Source: a virus
Taxonomy: Duplodnaviria > Heunggongvirae > Uroviricota > Caudoviricetes
DNA: 32,094 nt
Strand: one strand, 5' to 3'
IMG/VR virus record: IMGVR_UViG_2711768042_000002
Coordinates: 1 to 32,094 of that record
The notes under the pieces: model-generated
Told to the model about the DNA's origin: nothing
Databases searched by the model: none
The model's input: the letters and a program-made list of their open reading frames with translations, nothing else
Program-made: the position numbers and the translations under genes
In this document: one piece after another, positions 28,012-32,094 of the stretch
How the letters are laid out: every line of letters begins with the position of its first letter
Numbering within the stretch: the first letter of the stretch is position 1

Positions 28012-28635
28012 ATGTCATCAATCCGCTTAACTACGAGAATGAAAGAGAAAATCGCTCGTAACGCTTTAATTAAATCTGGGGTTTTCACTGAGCTTGAAGA
28101 AGTAACAAAGTTAAAGAACCAGCTTGCACTTGACGCCAGAGTTGTTGCGTTTGGCGGTAAAAAGAAAACTGAGGAAGTGGATCAGTTATCATCCAAGTTA
28201 ATGGCTATAAGCGAAGAACTTGAAAAGCTGGGATGTTCATTTTACTCATGCGATGCCCGTTCAACTTCAATTTATCTGACTGTATCTGGCAGAAGGGTTG
28301 GCTGGTATTCATATGGGAAAGACGGCAACGGCGAAGATATATTGCTCCCTACTCCGACCAAAGATAAATGCATGTTTAGCGCAGAACACGAAATAACAAA
28401 AAGGTTTGATGAAATCTGCGCATTGCAACAAAAACTTGAAGCCAAGAAAAAGGATATCGAATCAAATGTATGGGCTGCTTTGAACTCAGTCACAACAGTT
28501 AAGCGACTTATTGAAGTTTGGCCTGAAAGCAAAGAGTTGCTACCAAAAGAAGCAGATAAAGCAAGTACAGCACTTCCTGCTTTACGGGTAGAAGATTTGA
28601 ATAAGATGATTGGACTTCCTTCCGAGGTCGCATAA
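28012..28635 (+). CDS. Hypothetical 207-aa protein between N and cIII
   Basis: ATG 28012 with GAGG RBS (track ORF 27952..28635 in frame); soluble, charged, no motif recognised; AT-rich. Confidence 0.6.
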   Translation: MSSIRLTTRMKEKIARNALIKSGVFTELEEVTKLKNQLALDARVVAFGGKKKTEEVDQLSSKLMAISEELEKLGCSFYSCDARSTSIYLTVSGRRVGWYSYGKDGNGEDILLPTPTKDKCMFSAEHEITKRFDEICALQQKLEAKKKDIESNVWAALNSVTTVKRLIEVWPESKELLPKEADKASTALPALRVEDLNKMIGLPSEVA

Positions 28636-28679
28636 TCGTCCTTTATTTTTGGCATAAACAACAGAATAAACACTGCACT

Positions 28680-28707
28680 GTGTATTCATTCCAACGAGTG
28701 AATACAC
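28680..28707 (+). other. 9-bp perfect stem-loop (GTGTATTCA-N9-TGAATACAC) without U-tract
   Basis: Read directly in 225-bp non-coding gap. Confidence 0.4.
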
Positions 28708-28769
28708 GGAGCAATGTCGCTCGTAACCAAACAGGAGCCGACTTGTTCTGATTATTGGAAATCTTCTTT

Positions 28770-28794
28770 GCCCTCCAGTGTGAGGGCCTTTTTA
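28770..28794 (+). terminator. Rho-independent terminator (tL1-like) between N operon and cIII
   Basis: GCCCTC-CAGTGT-GAGGGC followed by CTTTTT. Confidence 0.6.
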
Positions 28795-28859
28795 TATGCA
28801 TACCAATAACGCTTCACTCGAGGCGTTTTCGTTATGCAATCAAACAGAAGGAGCATCCT

Positions 28860-29030
28860 ATGCAACAGTTCGCTATTGCAGGGGCGGCATCGGTTCGCCC
28901 TTTCAACCCGATTTTATCGGTACAGCATTCACGAAAAAATATTTTAACCGGAGCAGACTTTAAACAACCAAGAATGAAAAGCTTGCTCGAAAAGCTTTGG
29001 GATATTTTGAAACAACAAGGCCGCCCATGA
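28860..29030 (+). CDS. cIII: CIII-like protein (FtsH inhibitor)
   Basis: 56 aa, MQQFAIAGAASVRPF...SLLEKLWDILKQQGRP; resembles lambda CIII (MQYAIAGW...LIDILNQPGVP); AAGGAG RBS; inside track ORF 28755..29030. Confidence 0.65.
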   Translation: MQQFAIAGAASVRPFNPILSVQHSRKNILTGADFKQPRMKSLLEKLWDILKQQGRP

Positions 29031-29134
29031 GTTTTACAGATAACTGGTCAGACGAAGAATTCATTCGTCAGATGAACAAAATGCTCAATCAGCACAAAGA
29101 ACAGGAGAAAGATGATGATTCTGACTCTGAATGA
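29027..29134 (+). CDS. Possible 35-aa acidic peptide overlapping cIII stop (ATGA)
   Basis: MSFTDNWSDEEFIRQMNKMLNQHKEQEKDDDSDSE; no clear RBS; not in ORF track. Confidence 0.25.
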   Translation: MSFTDNWSDEEFIRQMNKMLNQHKEQEKDDDSDSE

Positions 29135-29423
29135 TAAGCGTGAAATATCGCAAATAATCGCAAGTTTTACTGATGAAGATTACGAGCGAATCAACAGTGA
29201 AGTTGATCGCCTCTGCAAACGTTGCGACCCAATAAGCGAAATGCTTCGCTTATATAAACCAGATGAACACACTAAGGACGCTATCGACTGGCTGGAAGAT
29301 GATGACTGTAACTATCAGGAAAAAGCCGCTGAATGGTTCTGGGATGCAATAACCGAAAGAGTTAAGGCTGAATATGCCTTCGCAATATTCAAACGCAGAC
29401 ACATTTTTGGAGAAGCTGCATGA
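29112..29423 (+). CDS. Hypothetical 103-aa acidic protein upstream of recT
   Basis: Track ORF; AGGAG RBS; stop overlaps recT start. Confidence 0.6.
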   Translation: MMILTLNDKREISQIIASFTDEDYERINSEVDRLCKRCDPISEMLRLYKPDEHTKDAIDWLEDDDCNYQEKAAEWFWDAITERVKAEYAFAIFKRRHIFGEAA

Positions 29424-30331
29424 GCAATATCGTTGAATTCGTTAAACAGCAGGAGCAGTTATTCTGCGGAGCATTGACTGAACAGACGGTGACATGGGCT
29501 AAGGAAAGCCAGTTTGCAATTCAGTATTTCCAGAAAAACGATTACCTTGCTAAAACGGCACTGGCAAATCCAACCAGCGCACAGAACGCCATCATCAATG
29601 TTGCGGCGATCGGCATCACCTTAAACCCGGCCAGCAAACTGGCTTATCTGGTTCCGCGCGACGGCATGGTGTGCCTTGATATCAGTTATATGGGATTGCT
29701 CCATATTGCAATGGAGTCTGGTGTTATCTCATGGGGTCAGGCAAAACTTGTTCATGCTAACGATACCTATGAGTCAAACGGGCTTGATAAAGCACCAACC
29801 CATAAATACAACGCCTTCGGTGATCGTGGTGATATCGTTGGCGTTTACTGCACAGTTAAGACGCCAGCAGGTGATTATCTAACGGAAGAGATGAGTCTGG
29901 CTGAAATTGAGGCTGTAAGGAAAACAAGCAAGGCGGCCTTCAGAGATAAAGGACCATGGGTAAATCACTGGAATGAGATGGCGCGAAAGACGGTCGTAAA
30001 GCGTGCAAGCAAGTATTGGCCTAAGGCATCACGTCTTGATAGTGCTATTCACGTACTAAACGAAGAAGAAGGTGTGTGGACTGAACCAGTTATGCCGCAC
30101 AAATCAGAGGAAGATATCCGCGAAGATGAACGGAAACGCCAGCAGGAAATAACGGATAAAGCACAACTTCTTTGTGATGAAATGGCTCAGGCAGAAAACA
30201 TGGATGATTTGAAGCGATATTTTGCAGAAGCATATCGCCTGACATCTAGAATGAAATTGCAGCAGAACGTACAAGCCATTTACGCAGAATGCAAAGCGAA
30301 ACTGGAGGTTGCCCGTGAGCAAACTGTATGA
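29420..30331 (+). CDS. recT: RecT-family single-strand annealing recombinase
   Basis: 303 aa; ...KTSKAAFRDKGPWVNHWNEMARKTVVKRASKYWP... RecT family signature. Confidence 0.85.
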   Translation: MSNIVEFVKQQEQLFCGALTEQTVTWAKESQFAIQYFQKNDYLAKTALANPTSAQNAIINVAAIGITLNPASKLAYLVPRDGMVCLDISYMGLLHIAMESGVISWGQAKLVHANDTYESNGLDKAPTHKYNAFGDRGDIVGVYCTVKTPAGDYLTEEMSLAEIEAVRKTSKAAFRDKGPWVNHWNEMARKTVVKRASKYWPKASRLDSAIHVLNEEEGVWTEPVMPHKSEEDIREDERKRQQEITDKAQLLCDEMAQAENMDDLKRYFAEAYRLTSRMKLQQNVQAIYAECKAKLEVAREQTV

Positions 30332-30797
30332 AATTGCCAATGAATACGCAAAATTGATGGATTCAGATTTAGAACCAGAGATGATTGCTGACACAATAGA
30401 AGGCATGGAAGGAGAATTTACCGATAAAATAGAGCAACTTCTTTCCGTCATTAAAAATGAATCTGGTTATGCTGAACGCCTCAAGGAAGAGGCAAAGTCG
30501 CTGAATGAGCGAGCCGCAGTAATTCAAAATAAGATTGACAGCATCAAATCATATATAGCGTCATCGCTTGAAATGGTTGGCAAGAAAAATATTCGAGCAG
30601 GTATTCACCAGGTAACAATCCGCAAACCGTCAGAAATTGTAGAAATCATCGACTCAAGCGCCATTCCTCCTGAATACGTTGAGTTTGAAACGACAATTAA
30701 AGCCGACAAACTGGCAATCAAACACCAACTAAAAGCAGGAATAAATATCCCCGGCGCTCAACTCAAAGTTGGGAAACCTTCACTTCTTATCAAATAA
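30315..30797 (+). CDS. Hypothetical coiled-coil protein, possibly Mu Gam-like / Gp157-like DNA-end-binding nuclease inhibitor
   Basis: GTG 6 nt after GGAGG (track ORF from TTG 30309); N-terminal coiled coil, C-terminal segment loosely resembling Mu Gam as recalled; function is inference. Confidence 0.5.
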   Translation: MSKLYEIANEYAKLMDSDLEPEMIADTIEGMEGEFTDKIEQLLSVIKNESGYAERLKEEAKSLNERAAVIQNKIDSIKSYIASSLEMVGKKNIRAGIHQVTIRKPSEIVEIIDSSAIPPEYVEFETTIKADKLAIKHQLKAGINIPGAQLKVGKPSLLIK

Positions 30798-30808
30798 CAG
30801 TATCGACT

Positions 30809-31123
30809 ATGAAAAAGACTCCATGGGAGAAATGGGAAGTCGATTTCTTGCGCGAAGTAGCGGCGACAATGCCAGTTGAAGTTATCGCTGAAAAACTGGA
30901 AAGGACTGAAAAAGCAGTAATGGCAAAAGCAACAAGGATTGGCGCTGACATTGTTAGCCGACTTCGTGGAAGACGCTGGACAAGAGCCGAAGTATCACTT
31001 TTCGGTAAGTTCTCCGCAGAAGAAATAGCAATTGCAACCTGCCGCTCAATTTATTCAGTAAGAGCTATGCGATACAAGCTAAAAAAACTCGATGAAGAAA
31101 GAGCAGGCATACGAATAAATTAA
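30809..31123 (+). CDS. Hypothetical 104-aa protein
   Basis: Track ORF; weak RBS. Confidence 0.5.
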   Translation: MKKTPWEKWEVDFLREVAATMPVEVIAEKLERTEKAVMAKATRIGADIVSRLRGRRWTRAEVSLFGKFSAEEIAIATCRSIYSVRAMRYKLKKLDEERAGIRIN

Positions 31124-31139
31124 CAAAGAGGAATTAATC

Positions 31140-31304
31140 ATGAGAGGTCTTGCATACAATCCCGGCATTCTTCCGGCAGAAATGATTATTCGCCAACGCG
31201 TAAAGCCAATGCCATCGAGAGAGGAATTGCTTAAGAGAAATTCTTTTCCATCAGTGAATCAAAACAAATATCTGAATGCGATGTGGCGGAGTGGGAAAAA
31301 ATGA
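31140..31304 (+). CDS. Possible 54-aa protein (not in ORF track)
   Basis: ATG after GAGGAATTAATC; [54 protein letters not shown]; stop overlaps next start. Confidence 0.3.
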   Translation: MRGLAYNPGILPAEMIIRQRVKPMPSREELLKRNSFPSVNQNKYLNAMWRSGKK

Positions 31305-31738
31305 AACAAATGTCACTAATTGAGATGGATGGTTTTCTGAAAGGTAAATGCATCCCCCGAGATTTAAAGGTTAACGAAACAAACGCTGAATATCTGGTGC
31401 GTAAGTTCGGTGAACTTGAATCAAAACTGGAAACGGCGTTGCTGGAGTGTCGTTCTGCTGGAATCACGATTGATAACCTTGAGGCTAAATGCGCGAAGAT
31501 GGCTGCTGAAAATACATCGCTTAAGCAACCTGAGAAGGAATTTAATGACTTTTGTCGTGAGGAGTTTAGCGAATGGGAAGATGATGTTACTGAAACCCCA
31601 GCCACCGACGCTTTCCTGGCTGAAGTCCGGGCGCAGGGAGTTGAGATGATGCGCGAACATCCATCAATCAAACTTTGCTCCTTGACGCACATATGTGACG
31701 AGTTAGCCGCCCAGCTTCGCAAAGGAGGCAACCAGTGA
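31301..31738 (+). CDS. Hypothetical 145-aa protein
   Basis: ATG ([13 protein letters not shown]...) in frame with track ORF 31283..31738 (GTG alternative). Confidence 0.55.
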   Translation: MKQMSLIEMDGFLKGKCIPRDLKVNETNAEYLVRKFGELESKLETALLECRSAGITIDNLEAKCAKMAAENTSLKQPEKEFNDFCREEFSEWEDDVTETPATDAFLAEVRAQGVEMMREHPSIKLCSLTHICDELAAQLRKGGNQ

Positions 31739-32094
31739 GCAAGATTGACTATCAGGCGCTACGTGAAAAGGCAGAGAAAGCAACTAAAGGAAGCTACATC
31801 GTAGGGCATACATCTGTTAACCAGCACGGCAATTTAACAGGAGTTTTTGTTTGTCAAAAATGGAAAGGAGAACCAGGTGGCGTGATTGCAGAATGTCACG
31901 TTAACTGCCTGGTTGAAACAGATGCTCAGGCTTATGCAAACGCAGAATTCATAGCAGAGGCTAACCCAACTACCGTACTGGCACTGCTGGATGAACGGGA
32001 AAGAAACCAGCAATACATAAAACGCCGCGACCAGGAGAACGAGGAGATTGCGCTAACGGTAGGGAAGCTGCGTGTTGAGCTGGAAGCAACAGAG
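31735..32094 (+). CDS. Ead/Ea22-like early protein, 5' part (runs off right edge)
   Basis: GTG overlapping upstream stop; [32 protein letters not shown]... open to window end (120 codons); N-terminus resembles Ead/Ea22-like family as recalled. Confidence 0.55.
   Translation, partial: MSKIDYQALREKAEKATKGSYIVGHTSVNQHGNLTGVFVCQKWKGEPGGVIAECHVNCLVETDAQAYANAEFIAEANPTTVLALLDERERNQQYIKRRDQENEEIALTVGKLRVELEATE

Noticed and set aside
31231-31731. Minus-strand 166-aa Ser-rich ORF
   Set aside because: Antisense shadow of the plus-strand early genes; Ser-rich translation and no RBS.
1-32094. CRISPR array, IS element, integrase or att site
   Set aside because: No direct-repeat/spacer array, transposase or integrase ORF, or terminal inverted repeats seen; both window edges fall inside prophage genes, so prophage boundaries are outside the window.

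Overview
The whole window lies inside a P22-like temperate podovirus prophage (Sf6/HK620-like structural module) of an enterobacterium, read in reverse of the conventional map. Left to right: a 5'-truncated tailspike gene (N-terminal head-binding domain, minus strand); an immI remnant with mnt but no arc/ant; a small accessory cluster in the sieA position (59-aa protein, HEXXH metallopeptidase-like ORF, AT-rich membrane-anchored ORF); the minus-strand late operon (ejection proteins gp16/gp20/gp7, gp14, tail needle gp26, gp10, gp4, coat, scaffold, portal, TerL, TerS); a lambda-type lysis cassette (S with dual start, R, Rz/Rz1) with a DUF2829-like ORF next to it; two tRNA-like genes between Q and S; a non-lambda Q; a lambda-like nin region (ninB/E/F, Rha-KilAC, DUF1364, rusA, ninH, phosphatase); a tR2-like terminator; a primase-helicase plus O-like initiator with iterons inside the O gene; lambda-like cII, nutR, nutL and N around a cro/cI pair whose operators are not lambda's (TACCTGCAGGTA palindromes); and an early-left region (cIII, RecT, Gam-like partner, unknown small genes, partial Ead/Ea22-like ORF at the right edge). 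No integrase, att site, CRISPR array or IS element is present. All homology statements are from memory of the named families, not from a search. Refined start codons come from reading frame and RBS by eye; one or two of my base-level readings disagreed with the ORF track by 1 nt, so by-eye coordinates may be off by 1-2 nt. The most interesting unexplained content is the sieA-position cluster (1.1-2.2 kb), the cI-cotranscribed membrane protein (27.0-27.3 kb), the 207-aa ORF between N and cIII (28.0-28.6 kb) and the DUF2829-like ORF by the lysis genes.
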